Assembly (NCBI GenBank): GCA_973895155.1
Contig: OZ316895.1
Location: 18,547,880-18,611,879 of the forward strand
Direction of reading: 5' to 3'
DNA: 64,000 bases
Source of the DNA: Marsupella aquatica
Taxonomy: Eukaryota; Plantae; Marchantiophyta
Made by a program: the position numbers and the translations under genes
Shown: piece by piece, positions 11,995 to 21,949 of the stretch
How the letters are laid out: each line of letters begins with the position of its first letter
How positions within the stretch are numbered: position 1 is the stretch's first letter
The notes under the pieces: model-generated
Databases searched by the model: none
What the model was told of the DNA's origin: nothing
The model's input: the letters and a program-made list of their open reading frames with translations, nothing else

Positions 11995-13096
11995 CCAGCT
12001 GGCGGGTAAACTGACAAGTGACGCCCAGCAGTTGGAGGAGGCTTGTCAGGAGGCAGCAGAGGAGACGGACGCGGTGAGGCAAGAGAACGAATCTCTGCTG
12101 GACCAGGTCCAGCTCCTCAAAGCGGACAATGACAGGCTCCGAAGGCAGCGGGATGGCCGCTCCCATTCAGGTGGCTCTGGCAAGCGTGCCAGGCATTAGC
12201 GGCAGAGTAGGAATAGAGTAGGATTAGGACTAGCTTAGTCAGGCTCTTGGGACAGGCACCTGCCTCAGGTATAGCATCGCTGCAGTGCTGTCCAGCCTGC
12301 ATAGATTAGGATCTTCTAATAAGACACAGCCGTTTCTGGCCTGACTGTCAGCTTAGTTAGGACCGTAGTCAGTGAATCTTCGGCAAGAGGACACCCCGTC
12401 CCTCGGCCCTTAGTATTTAGTGCACCCCCTCGGTAGAGACGGGGGGGGGTTTTAGTTGCAAAGTTGGGCGTCCGCGGTATGTGCGGGGAGTCCCGACCTC
12501 TGGGAATGAAAGAGTACCAAGGGGAGGGGGTAGGACTAAGCTCGCCGGGCGAGTGTGGAGCCGGGCTCCGTTGTAGTGTGCACCCTCGGCCTTGAACCTG
12601 TTCATTCCGGGGCTGTCGGGTCAACTAAGTGTACGCATATGTTCCCTTTGTAGTAAAATCCTTTCCCATCATTTTCCTTCGTGTAAATCGAGATTGTATG
12701 CATGTGCGCGTGTATGTGTGTGGGTTTCTCGTATATGGGTGGCAGTGCCAGGCCGAACGCACTACCCGAGACGTGCACAGGGTGCAGCCTGCGGGTAAGT
12801 GGTTGCGAGCACGGGTTGAGGACCTGTATCATCGAATCCGGATCGAAGGCGGACAGCACGAAGGCTTAGAAGCCCTTAAGCCGGGGTCGATCCTGCTATC
12901 GACTAAGGTACGTTCCGGCGGCGGAACACAAACCATACCTAGGAGGTGTCCGTATTTAGCAGTATGCGCACTTAGCGCTAGTTTACGAGAATAAGGTGCA
13001 TTACGTGCTTCCCTTCCTGCCCGAACCCTCAGATTTACGAGGGATATGCCCGTCTAAGCTGAAGTCTGAGTTAAAGCCGCAGCCGATGACGTGACA

Positions 13097-13390
13097 CACA
13101 TCTTGTTTCAACAATGTCTGACCTTTGGTCGATATGGCATATCTGTCAAGCTAGACCCTAGGTATGTTGAGATGGATGGTTACCCACCTCGCACTGGAAA
13201 CTTGGCGGGTTACATCAATAGCACTGTGGGTTGTCAGCGTTTAGGCTTTAGGCCAAACGCTGAGTGGCACGAGTACCTTGACCAGACCCACCCTCGTTTG
13301 CCACAAGCTTGTACTCATTACATCTTGACCCATGCTAGCCGCACCATTTGAGCAGGGGAAGAGATTTTTGTAGATTATGATTGGCATTGA
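13097..13390 (+). pseudogene. SET-domain C-terminal half
   Basis: DGYPPRTGNLAGYINS..PNA..ASRTI*AGEEIFVDY resembles the SET motifs GN.ARFINH..PN and RDI..GEEL..DY; one stop; 5' half missing. Confidence 0.75.
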
Positions 13391-14499
13391 GGATGTACAT
13401 GATATATTCATCATATATGGACCCATTGTTGCCTATTGCATTACATTATATTTAATTAAATTTTTGATTATGATGTTGTATTAAATATGAATTTTAACAA
13501 TTGTAGGATGGTGCATATATTACCCTTCCACCTCATCCATCCATGATGATGATGTCAGCACGTGCCTTTCACCTACGTGCCACTCTGCATTTTTCTGATG
13601 AGGAAGATGTTGAGGGGGATAACGTGGAGCCTGGTGATATGGATAGTGACCATGGGGAGTATACCATGATGCATATGATGGAGAGGAGGGGGATGCACCC
13701 ATTCTTGAAGAGGATGCTTTTGCCCACCTTGTGGACGTTCACTTTGGACCACATGCACCTGAGGGTGAGAGGCCTACCATGGAAGTAGACCAGGAAGATT
13801 GGGACCAGTTGGAAATGGAAGCCAGAACTCCACTCTTCCTGGATTCTCCATCATCACGGTAAGTCTCATGATTGAATAGTATGTATATAGTTGAGGGTAT
13901 GCCCCAGCCCAACTAGCTAGTGAATGTGTGGACCATTACTTACCACACCCAATGTCATACCTCAAACTAATTGTGTACACGTACAATTCCCTGGTTTCAC
14001 AAATGCAAGTTGGATGCCACTTTGTTGATGTTGAATTTGCAGGGAGTTTTCAACACTTCAGACATCCATACAGATGCACTATTCCAGCTATTCCACAAAA
14101 AACTCTTGCCACAACCAAACACTCTCCCTGGGTGTGTGAGGGAGGCTAAGAAGTTGTTAACCTCAATTGGATTGGCTTTAGAGACTATCCACATGTGTCC
14201 AAGTGGTTGCATCCTGTACAGAGGGACATACTATGAGCATACACAGTGCCTAGAGGCACAATGTAAGCTTCCACGATACCGGCCTGATACCATCTGCAAA
14301 GAAATTCCAAAGAAGGTGATGTCCTCCTCTTGCTGGCATTGCAAGACATTTGCTATAGAATAAATTTAGGACGAGTCCATAGAGTTATGTTTGACAGAAT
14401 GTTGTTGTGATGCCTAGACAGGAATCACTCGGCCGGTTAAGTGGGTAAAGCAGGAAGGCACCCTAGGAACACCTTAGTATAGTGACAAAACAAGGAAAA

Positions 14500-14505
14500 T
14501 ATAAA
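14500..14505 (+). promoter_or_regulatory. Candidate TATA box for the family B LTR gene
   Basis: TATAAA ~95 bp into the LTR, conserved in the other B copies. Confidence 0.45.
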
Positions 14506-14778
14506 CAATTAGGGGCAACCATGGAACCCGGGCAGAGGCCGGAGGTAAGGCTGAGGGTGAAAACCCGATTAGGGTTAGGGCGCGTTAAGCATCGGCGGCT
14601 AGGAAGGATCAACGGGAAGAAGGACCGGCAGAGGAGAGGGGTAAGGAGCACTTGCAGGAGATGGTGGCTCATTTGCGAGCACGAACTAGGCAGACGACTA
14701 CGGGAGGCCAACTACTGTCAGCTGCTTAGGCAAGCACTCGGGGAGAGAGTAGATACCGACGATCGACCTAAGGAGGGT

Positions 14779-17700
14779 ATGAGCAACGTCAATCAAGCGG
14801 CACATTTCTGGGGATGCCTGTTTGAACGGGCAACTGAGTACATCAAGACTTACGAGGACGAGGAGTCAGAAAGGGCAGCTCGAGAACGGCAGGAGCTCGC
14901 TCGATTGTGGGAGCTGCACAAGACGGCTTTCTTAGGAGGCGAACTCATCAAGGACGATTTCCTGTGGACGCCTACTTCCAATCAACTCGACGATCTTCTG
15001 TTTTGCAAAGACAGCGTCGTCGGCATCCGAGAGGCCATCAAGAACTGCAACGACATACACTGGGAATTAAAGGGTAGCACGGAAAGGTGGACCCAGGCAA
15101 CGGTGCTAGGAGAAACCTCCACGGCAGCAGAGATGAAGAGGAAGGGGGCCGTCAACGATGAAGCCACCCCGGCAAAAAGAACGAGGTCGGCGGCACCAAA
15201 GAAGCCAGCCGAGCAGCAGAGCAGGAGGCAGGGAGAAGCCGAAGAGGAGGAGGTCGATCCCATCAAGGCCATTCCAACCAGGGATGACACCTGGAAGGGC
15301 TGGGCGGCAACCCTACCGGTGGAGGTGCAACTACATTTTGCACGGGAGGAGGATGCATGCTTTACGGCCATGCAGACCAAGAAGTACCAAGGCTTCATGG
15401 CCGGATCCGGCTTGGAGGCCTTTGTAAGATTACCATGGCTGAAACCGGAGGTACCGGAGTCAGACCTATTAGAATTCGTGGGGTCATGGGAACCCGAGAC
15501 CAATTGCACGAGGATATATGGGAGGGATTTCTATCTTACTCCCAAGGTAATTGCCGAAGTGTTTGGCCTGCCGATAGGCAATAAGACCAAAGTTGATACC
15601 AGGAAGACCTTGCCTGACAAGGAGTTCCGGTCGTTCCCCGGGCCATCAACGAAGAATGGCTTCTTCCGGAACACCTGCACCAACCCGCACATAGGAGAGA
15701 TGATCGACTTCTTGCGGGTGACCATGCATTGTAACTTGCCGAGGGCAGAGATCGGCAAGGCACAGGTCTATCTGGCAGAAAGGCCAGACCCAAGCCGGGA
15801 CTACAATGGGTACCTCCTCAACCAATTGAAGAAGATCTTAAAGGAGGAGCAGCAGGTAATCGGCATGGGGAGCGTGTCGCGGCTTGGCTATCACATGCCG
15901 CTGTTGTGCCGGTATGCCAGAGGTCAGACTTTTGCCCCGGTACTTCCCCTGCAGGTAAGGGCACCCGAGGAAGCTCCAACGCCGAGGCCGTTGGCTGAGA
16001 AGCCTCAACCACCTGTTAGTCCTACGATCGAGCAGGTGTTTAGGCCCAGGAAGGAAGACTTGCCGATGCAGCAACCAGGCATGCAGAGTCTGCTGAAACT
16101 ACTGGAGAAAGAAAAGAAATCGGCATCGGCAACAACAACGGCAACGGCAACAATGCAGGACACTACTACAGAGGTAGGCCTACACTGGCTCACAAGAGAA
16201 AACCCCTTTGCTGGAGACAAGGAGAGAATCAGGCCGGAATCCAAGCCAGGTGTTCGAATGTACGTGGGAACCTCAAGCTCCGAATCTGAGGCAGAATTGC
16301 CTGAAGCTCCTACCGACGAAGAGGAGAGGGAGAAGCCGGACGTCCAAGAGGTAGAGGAGGCAGTGGAGGACTGCAGCCATGATAATTCCGGCTATGGGTC
16401 GGACCATCACGTTCCAGGAGTAAGGACCTGTGGCCGGTTTGTCCCCACACTTCCAAGGGTAGTGCGAGGGGACCCCAACCAGCAGAGTAGCCCTGAGTCT
16501 CCCCCACCAGATGTTGCTCCCCCGAGCTTCGACGGCATAAAACAGACGGTGCAGGAATTTCAGGAGCGAATCAAGCAGGAGGAAGAGGCCGCCCTGGCTA
16601 AGGAAAAGGATTTACCCGGAGGAGATTGGCCGGAGGACATTAGGCGGCTAGCCGAAAAAGGAAGCAAACCTCTAGCCACGATTGAAGAGATCCGCAGGAC
16701 GGCTTGGGAGCAGAGGCCACGATGGGCGATGCCGATCACTTCTACTTACTCCACCTACGCTAAGAATAGAGCCATGGAGTATGGTGAGATGTGTGGGGAA
16801 CTTGCGCTCGGCATCTTTGGAGAGGAGTTGGAGGTAGGACCCTTTTTCCATAGGGAGCAGTTGGAGAAGCACCAATTAGAAGAAGCGGTGGCTTTAGAGA
16901 GAAGCAAGAAGGACGAGGTCATTCGGCGGCTTAGGAGGATGGAAGCCGAGATTGAAGATCTAAGGGCGGCCAAGAAAGCCCAAGATGAACTGCGGATTAA
17001 ACGACATGAGCTGAACATCATGCAGGGGCAGTTGGACACCGCACAGGCTGAAAATCAGAATATCAAGGATAAACTGACTCAGACGCAGGAAGAGTTGGCC
17101 GACACGATCAAAGAGAGGGAGAAGTGGAAGCAAGAGCTGAAGAATACAGAGGAGGCCCACATAACAGCCAACAGCCGGGCCATGGCGGAAACCCAAAGAA
17201 AGGAATGGGCGTTGAAAGGGGAGCTCGAGAAAATCCGCGGAGCCCTTGAGCAGAAGGAGGTCGAGTTAGGGAAATCCTATCAAGGGATTATGGCGCTGCA
17301 GCAGGAGCTTGCGTCCCTGACGGCCAGCTTCAAGGCCGACCTAAGGGAGAAGGACGAGATGCTCGAACAGACTTACGCCAAGATGAACCAGATGGAGTCT
17401 GTCATCATTGCAGAGCTCGACAAGGAGCTAAGAGCAACCCAGGAGGAGAGGGCTACCTTGAAGAAGGAATTGGAGGAAGCCCACAGGGAGCAGGAGGAGG
17501 CCAAAAACGAGCTGGAGGGGGCACGTAAGGACCTGGATGAAACCCAAGAGGAGTTGGAGGAAATCACGAGGAAGATGGAGAACCTACAGCGGCGGGCCGA
17601 CAACCAAACAGAGCGGCTGAAGAAACAAGCCGCAGTATTTAAATGCTTAGCTGCAGCAGGTCCATCTCCCGTTGGGACAAACCAGTTACCAGGGGTGGTA

Positions 17701-18144
17701 ATTGCCGAAGGACAAGCCGCGTCAACTGCACCAGTGCCGGAAGTAAGTGGGAAGGGGAAGGGACCAGCTGCCGAGCCACCAACGAAGAAGAAGCGGAAAC
17801 CTTCAGGGTCAAGGAGTAATACGACTTCACAGGCCGTGGTGATCAAGGAGGTAGACCCAGCACCGACCCCAGACAGGGTCACGGCTAAGGATCCAACTAC
17901 CCTAGGGGAAGGGGAGGCCGAAGCCGAGGGAGTGGCTGAAGCCGAAGCCGTGGGAGTGGCTGAGGCCGAAGCCGTGGGTATTGCCGAGGCCGGTGTCGAG
18001 GCTGAAGCCGAAGGTGGACCCAGTCAGGCCGATGGAGAGTTGACTCAGTCAAGGGCAGGTAATCTGTCAGTAGGCGGGCCAACGGTAGTGGCTGAGGAGG
18101 AAGTGTTGGGGGCGTCCATTGAGGATCCACCACCGGTGTCGTGA
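14779..18144 (+). CDS. Intact family B LTR-encoded protein (~1121 aa from MSNVNQ; frame open from 14482), conserved core plus coiled coil
   Basis: No stop over 1220 codons; start chosen by alignment to the family A N-terminus; long E/K/Q-rich heptad region and KKKRK basic patch. Confidence 0.88.
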   Translation: MSNVNQAAHFWGCLFERATEYIKTYEDEESERAARERQELARLWELHKTAFLGGELIKDDFLWTPTSNQLDDLLFCKDSVVGIREAIKNCNDIHWELKGSTERWTQATVLGETSTAAEMKRKGAVNDEATPAKRTRSAAPKKPAEQQSRRQGEAEEEEVDPIKAIPTRDDTWKGWAATLPVEVQLHFAREEDACFTAMQTKKYQGFMAGSGLEAFVRLPWLKPEVPESDLLEFVGSWEPETNCTRIYGRDFYLTPKVIAEVFGLPIGNKTKVDTRKTLPDKEFRSFPGPSTKNGFFRNTCTNPHIGEMIDFLRVTMHCNLPRAEIGKAQVYLAERPDPSRDYNGYLLNQLKKILKEEQQVIGMGSVSRLGYHMPLLCRYARGQTFAPVLPLQVRAPEEAPTPRPLAEKPQPPVSPTIEQVFRPRKEDLPMQQPGMQSLLKLLEKEKKSASATTTATATMQDTTTEVGLHWLTRENPFAGDKERIRPESKPGVRMYVGTSSSESEAELPEAPTDEEEREKPDVQEVEEAVEDCSHDNSGYGSDHHVPGVRTCGRFVPTLPRVVRGDPNQQSSPESPPPDVAPPSFDGIKQTVQEFQERIKQEEEAALAKEKDLPGGDWPEDIRRLAEKGSKPLATIEEIRRTAWEQRPRWAMPITSTYSTYAKNRAMEYGEMCGELALGIFGEELEVGPFFHREQLEKHQLEEAVALERSKKDEVIRRLRRMEAEIEDLRAAKKAQDELRIKRHELNIMQGQLDTAQAENQNIKDKLTQTQEELADTIKEREKWKQELKNTEEAHITANSRAMAETQRKEWALKGELEKIRGALEQKEVELGKSYQGIMALQQELASLTASFKADLREKDEMLEQTYAKMNQMESVIIAELDKELRATQEERATLKKELEEAHREQEEAKNELEGARKDLDETQEELEEITRKMENLQRRADNQTERLKKQAAVFKCLAAAGPSPVGTNQLPGVVIAEGQAASTAPVPEVSGKGKGPAAEPPTKKKRKPSGSRSNTTSQAVVIKEVDPAPTPDRVTAKDPTTLGEGEAEAEGVAEAEAVGVAEAEAVGIAEAGVEAEAEGGPSQADGELTQSRAGNLSVGGPTVVAEEEVLGASIEDPPPVS

Positions 18145-21033
18145 CGGTGCAAGGGCGCCGTTCCTTTTAGGGAGGGCGGACGTGGAGGGAGGAGGCGTGA
18201 GTGGGCAGGGCGGGCGCGGATCTCCACGTTTAGGATTAGGATCAGAACCAGGAGCGGCCCTGACACTTAGCTTAGTGGGATTGCGGTCCCACTGGTAGGA
18301 GCAACACTTGTGCTCCTGCCTTGCTGTACATAGGTAGATTCGGGCAAGTAGATTACTGTCAGGTAGATTAGGCTTACGATGCAAAGAATGGCGGATCCAC
18401 TACCAGGATAAGTACCTGGGCAGCGGGGAGCTCAGGGCCTCTTCTTTAGCAAGTTTTTAGTTTGCACCAGCCGGGCTGGGATCAAGTAGTACGAGAAGCT
18501 CTCGGTTAGTCATACAGTGACCCTTGTGTATATTCATGTTTCCTCATGCCTAAGAGCTGAATAGAGTTGGCCTCACGGCTTAGTTCGCAGAACTTGTGTA
18601 TGAGATGTACTGTTTGTATGGCAAGTGCATGGTATGACTCAGTCAGAATGAGTCATTTTGCTATTTGTGTGTCGCATTAACTTGTGTGAAGAGTGCCCAC
18701 ATCAACAGAAGGAAGGAAAGTAAGCAGGGGAGTGAGAGTTGGATGTGTCGAGCTGAGAGAGGTCTTAGCGGCTTAACCAAGCCTATTGGGGATCATTCCG
18801 ACGGCGGAATCCAAACATACCTAACAAGAAGACAGGGGAAGACAGGGGAAGGCCTATATTAGGCCGGCTACGTATCTCATGACCCGATGAAGGATCTGTC
18901 CAGTATATGTGTGTAAAATGTTAATAGTAGTAGCAGAAGGTTAGCAGCGTCCCATGCCGCTAAGCCGCGGAAACGGCCTCGCCAAGCACGAAACCTGCGG
19001 GAATCGGCTTGAGCTGGGGGGTTTCTTGGGTTTAGGGAGCCATGGGACGCACCACAGTTGTTTCAATTATTCAAACCTACTTTTGTCCATTTTCCTCGTC
19101 ATTTCCAATGTATGCACACGTACGTGAATTTCTTCAGATGTAACTTACTCTTTGACTGACAAGTAAGGTTTTTACGTTGTCTAGCACATGGTTACCATAT
19201 ATTTATGTTGTGTATTACAATGTTAAATGAAGCACGCAACATTACTAACGTTGCTAAGAAACTTTACTTTGTATGGTACGTTGTATGGGTGAATTGACGT
19301 CGTGGGAGACAAAGTAAAGTTTTATTTAACGTTAGAGTGATGGTTATGACACTGTTTATGGTAGGTCTTTAGGTATTTCCCGATCACACCCCGACTACAA
19401 CATCTTTATCGACGGAAACATTTATCAACACTTCAAACGTGGCATGCTGAGAACAAATCTCCACCAGGGATTATGCGATATCACCACGATAGTCTAGCAT
19501 GGAAGCACATCGACAACACTTGGCCAGATTTTTCTAGGGATCCAAGGAATGTTCAATTGGGGTTAGCAATAGATGGGGTAAACCCATACAAGCAACGACG
19601 GAAGAGTAAGTCCATATGGCCAGTTCTTTTGCTCAATCCAAATATCCCTCCATGGTTGGCGATGAAGAAGGGTCATGTTGTCCTCCTTGCTATCATTCTG
19701 GGTCCTCAGGCCTGTAAGAATCCAGACATTTGCTTGGCTTCAGCTTATGAAGAGTTGCAAAAGCTATGGGAGTTTGGGGCAGTGACCACAGATGTGACTC
19801 GTACACCAGATAATGGGAGGACATTTAATATGAGAGCAATGATCACCCATTGCACCACGGATGGTCCAGGTAATTCTCAGTCATAGAAATATTTCAGACA
19901 TGCATTGTGCATGGTTCTATTGCATATGCCAATGGTTTTTGGCCTGAATGTTTTAAATTCATTCACAGGTATGGGCACAATATCTGGCTTGAAGGTGGCC
20001 AGTTCTTCAGCTTGCCCTTCATGTGGTCCTGAGTTGCATGAGAGGTACTCTAAGCATCTACACAAAACCACATATGAGGGTAGTAGGGTCCGTTTGCCAA
20101 TGGGCGATATATTGCAACATAACACCACACATTGGGCTGGGACTGAGTTTAGGCCATGTCCCAATGGGCCTTCAACTGAGGGTCAAATTCAAATGGCAGA
20201 GAAAGTGGAGGCAAAGTTACTTCAACCTAAGCATTATGGTGTCAATTGTCGCTCAGCTTTGTGGGACTTGCCTTATTGGAGGGTAAGTAAAATTAGATTA
20301 AATCTATTTTAAGTTAGTGACTTGTAGTATTCTCTTTTTGAGTTTCTGACTAGCAAAACCTAGATCTTCATCTTGCAGAGACTCCAGATCAGATGGTTGT
20401 TGGACCCCATGCATATTGAAGTAAATGTTGCCAAGAATCTGGTGAAGCACATTTATGGGAGGAATGATATTGACTCATGCAGTCTGAGAGGATGCAAAGC
20501 AGGTTGGAGTGGTGAAGAGTTGTTGGATAACTCGAGATGGGGAGAAGCCACCTACTCCTTGGGTTTTGCCAAAAGAGATTTTGAAGGAGATGAACTGGAT
20601 GATATGTGAAATGAAGTTCTCTAGCCATTACGGAGCCGGCTTCTGTGGGTGCACTACAAGGGATGACCACATACCCCCAATAGGCTTGAAGTCTCACGAT
20701 CATCACAAGTTGATTCAGCATGTGTTACCTGCTGTCTTGCATTCTTGCGATGATTATAGAGAGTGAAGCCTACTCTGATTGATAGTATATGAGATGTGCT
20801 CCATTTTTAGGTTAGCATAGTTTTGTTGGCATATATTTATGATATGATCATTGCATATTTTTATGATACTAATAATTTGACAAAATTTTGAGTACCCCAT
20901 ACAAGTGGGTATGCGCCAAGGAAATAAAGGGGAGTGAGATTCCCAAGATGAGGGAATGGTCGGCCAGTGTTATGTGCAATATGGAGAAGGTGTTTAACCC
21001 ATGTATTTTTGATATGAAGTTGCATTTGCTATG

Positions 21034-21568
21034 TGTCGTGACATATAGTATCGTAGCCATAGTGTATCAAAAACATACAAAGCACTGGCAATGCACATGT
21101 GCAAGCTGCTAGCAACCAACATGCATAGAAAAAGTCCCATCACATTTACAAGTGCCAAGAAAAAGCAAATGAGGTGGTATGTACGTAGTGGAGGTGTAAA
21201 CCTCTGTATCATAAAAGGCGTAAGAGAAACAAGCATACTGAAATCGAATCAAAAACCGGCGGGATGCCAAGATCAGTCGGGAACATCTAACAAATCATTG
21301 TGTGAATCCCGTGTACGGAACCGACGAGCACTGTCTGAGCTCTGTCAACAGCAATTCAAGAAGAACTGAAAACCAACAACGAAAGACATGCCCTAAGTAA
21401 ACAAAGTCCTGGCGTCACACTAACAAGCGCGTTTGCTTCAAGAACGCCTGGAATTTGCTATAAAAACATGTCGCTAACTCAAGTAGTACACTAGCCCTAA
21501 CTACATACCTAGCGGGCATGTGAGGGACATGCCGATGTGCATAAGAGGCACTGTCCCTCGGCATGACA
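21034..21568 (-). repeat. Probable LTR (535 bp) of the PHD-integrase Gypsy element, inserted in the transposase
   Basis: tgtcgtg...catgaca inverted termini; the transposase frame is lost here just after HLL. Confidence 0.65.
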
Positions 21569-21570
21569 AC

Positions 21571-21747
21571 TGTTGTGACATATAGTATCGTAGCCATAGT
21601 GTATCAAAAACATACAAAGCATTGGCAATGCACATGTGCAAGCTGCTAGCAACCAACATGCATAGAAAAAGTCCCATCACATTTACAAGTGCCAAGAAAA
21701 AGCAAATGAGGTGGTATGTACGTAGTGGATGTGTAAACCTCTGTATC
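21571..21747 (-). repeat. 177-bp second copy of 21034-21210
   Basis: Near-identical direct repeat, next to a C-run that is PPT-like on the minus strand. Confidence 0.85.
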
Positions 21748-21949
21748 CCCCCCAGACCACAGCCAAAAGGAGGGCTGAAGAAAAGTCAGGTAGCACATGG
21801 AGCACAGGAAGGGCAAAACCATAACCCTTCTGGCACCTGGTAAGTTCAAGCTGAAGGTAGAAAAGATGGTACCCTCCATTGCAATTGTCACACAGCAGCA
21901 TCCGGTCAGCAACATCCGGTCAGCATCATCAATTTGTAAACACACTTTG

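Larger units (their letters stand above)
7170..12199 (+). pseudogene. Family A LTR-encoded gene, disrupted
   Basis: Pieces 7170-8867, 8937-9545 and ~12000-12199; two TAG stops and the insertion at 9592. Confidence 0.85.
4331..13096 (+). mobile_element. Ty3/Gypsy family A element, internally deleted
   Basis: Starts tgtgacgccgcc, ends gacgtgaca. 5' LTR remnant joined directly to RNaseH-integrase, then PPT and full 3' LTR. Flanks ccgtg/cacat do not match. Confidence 0.9.
6694..13096 (+). repeat. Family A 3' LTR (~4.0 kb) interrupted by a family C solo LTR
   Basis: Colinear with LTRs at 32082, 41945 and 52023 once 9592-11999 is removed. Confidence 0.92.
14406..19056 (+). mobile_element. Solo LTR, family B (4651 bp), in a transposase intron
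   Basis: tgtgatgcc...gcaccaca with perfect TSD GTTGT; homologous to the terminal repeats of the Gypsy element at 27605-61078. Confidence 0.93.
2812..21033 (+). mobile_element. CACTA/EnSpm DNA transposon (left part; outermost layer of the nest; right end not seen)
   Basis: CACTAGGGAAAAAA at 2812; subterminal GCTAGCGAG-like repeats in both orientations (about 2910, 2934-2951 as an 18-bp palindrome, 3168, 3510); TNP2-like exons downstream. Linking this end to the transposase is inference. Confidence 0.7.
13506..21033 (+). pseudogene. CACTA TNP2/TnpD-like transposase, spliced and disrupted
   Basis: EARTPLF, IHMCPSGCILY, IPKK|VFRYFPI (intron 14316-19364), DSLAWKHID..DPRNVQLGLAIDGVNP, ACPSC, LPYW|RLQIRWLLDPMHIEVNV, GLKSHDHH, FDMKLHLL. 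GT-AG introns 19870-19968 and 20283-20378. Confidence 0.92.

Noticed and set aside
14482-14778. R/G-rich N-terminal 99 codons of the 1220-aa ORF
   Set aside because: Overlaps the TATA candidate, frame is not kept in all B copies, and homology with A starts at MSNVNQ.
14771-14781. AGGAGG before the ATG as a Shine-Dalgarno site
   Set aside because: Eukaryotic context; reads AGAAGG in two other copies.
16850-17640. Coiled coil as a host SMC or myosin gene
   Set aside because: No ATPase or motor motifs; always found within LTR boundaries.
14406-19056. Treating the 4-4.7 kb units as DNA transposons or DIRS elements
   Set aside because: TG..CA ends, 5-bp TSDs, no transposase or tyrosine recombinase motifs, and they flank PBS-gag-pol-PPT as direct repeats.
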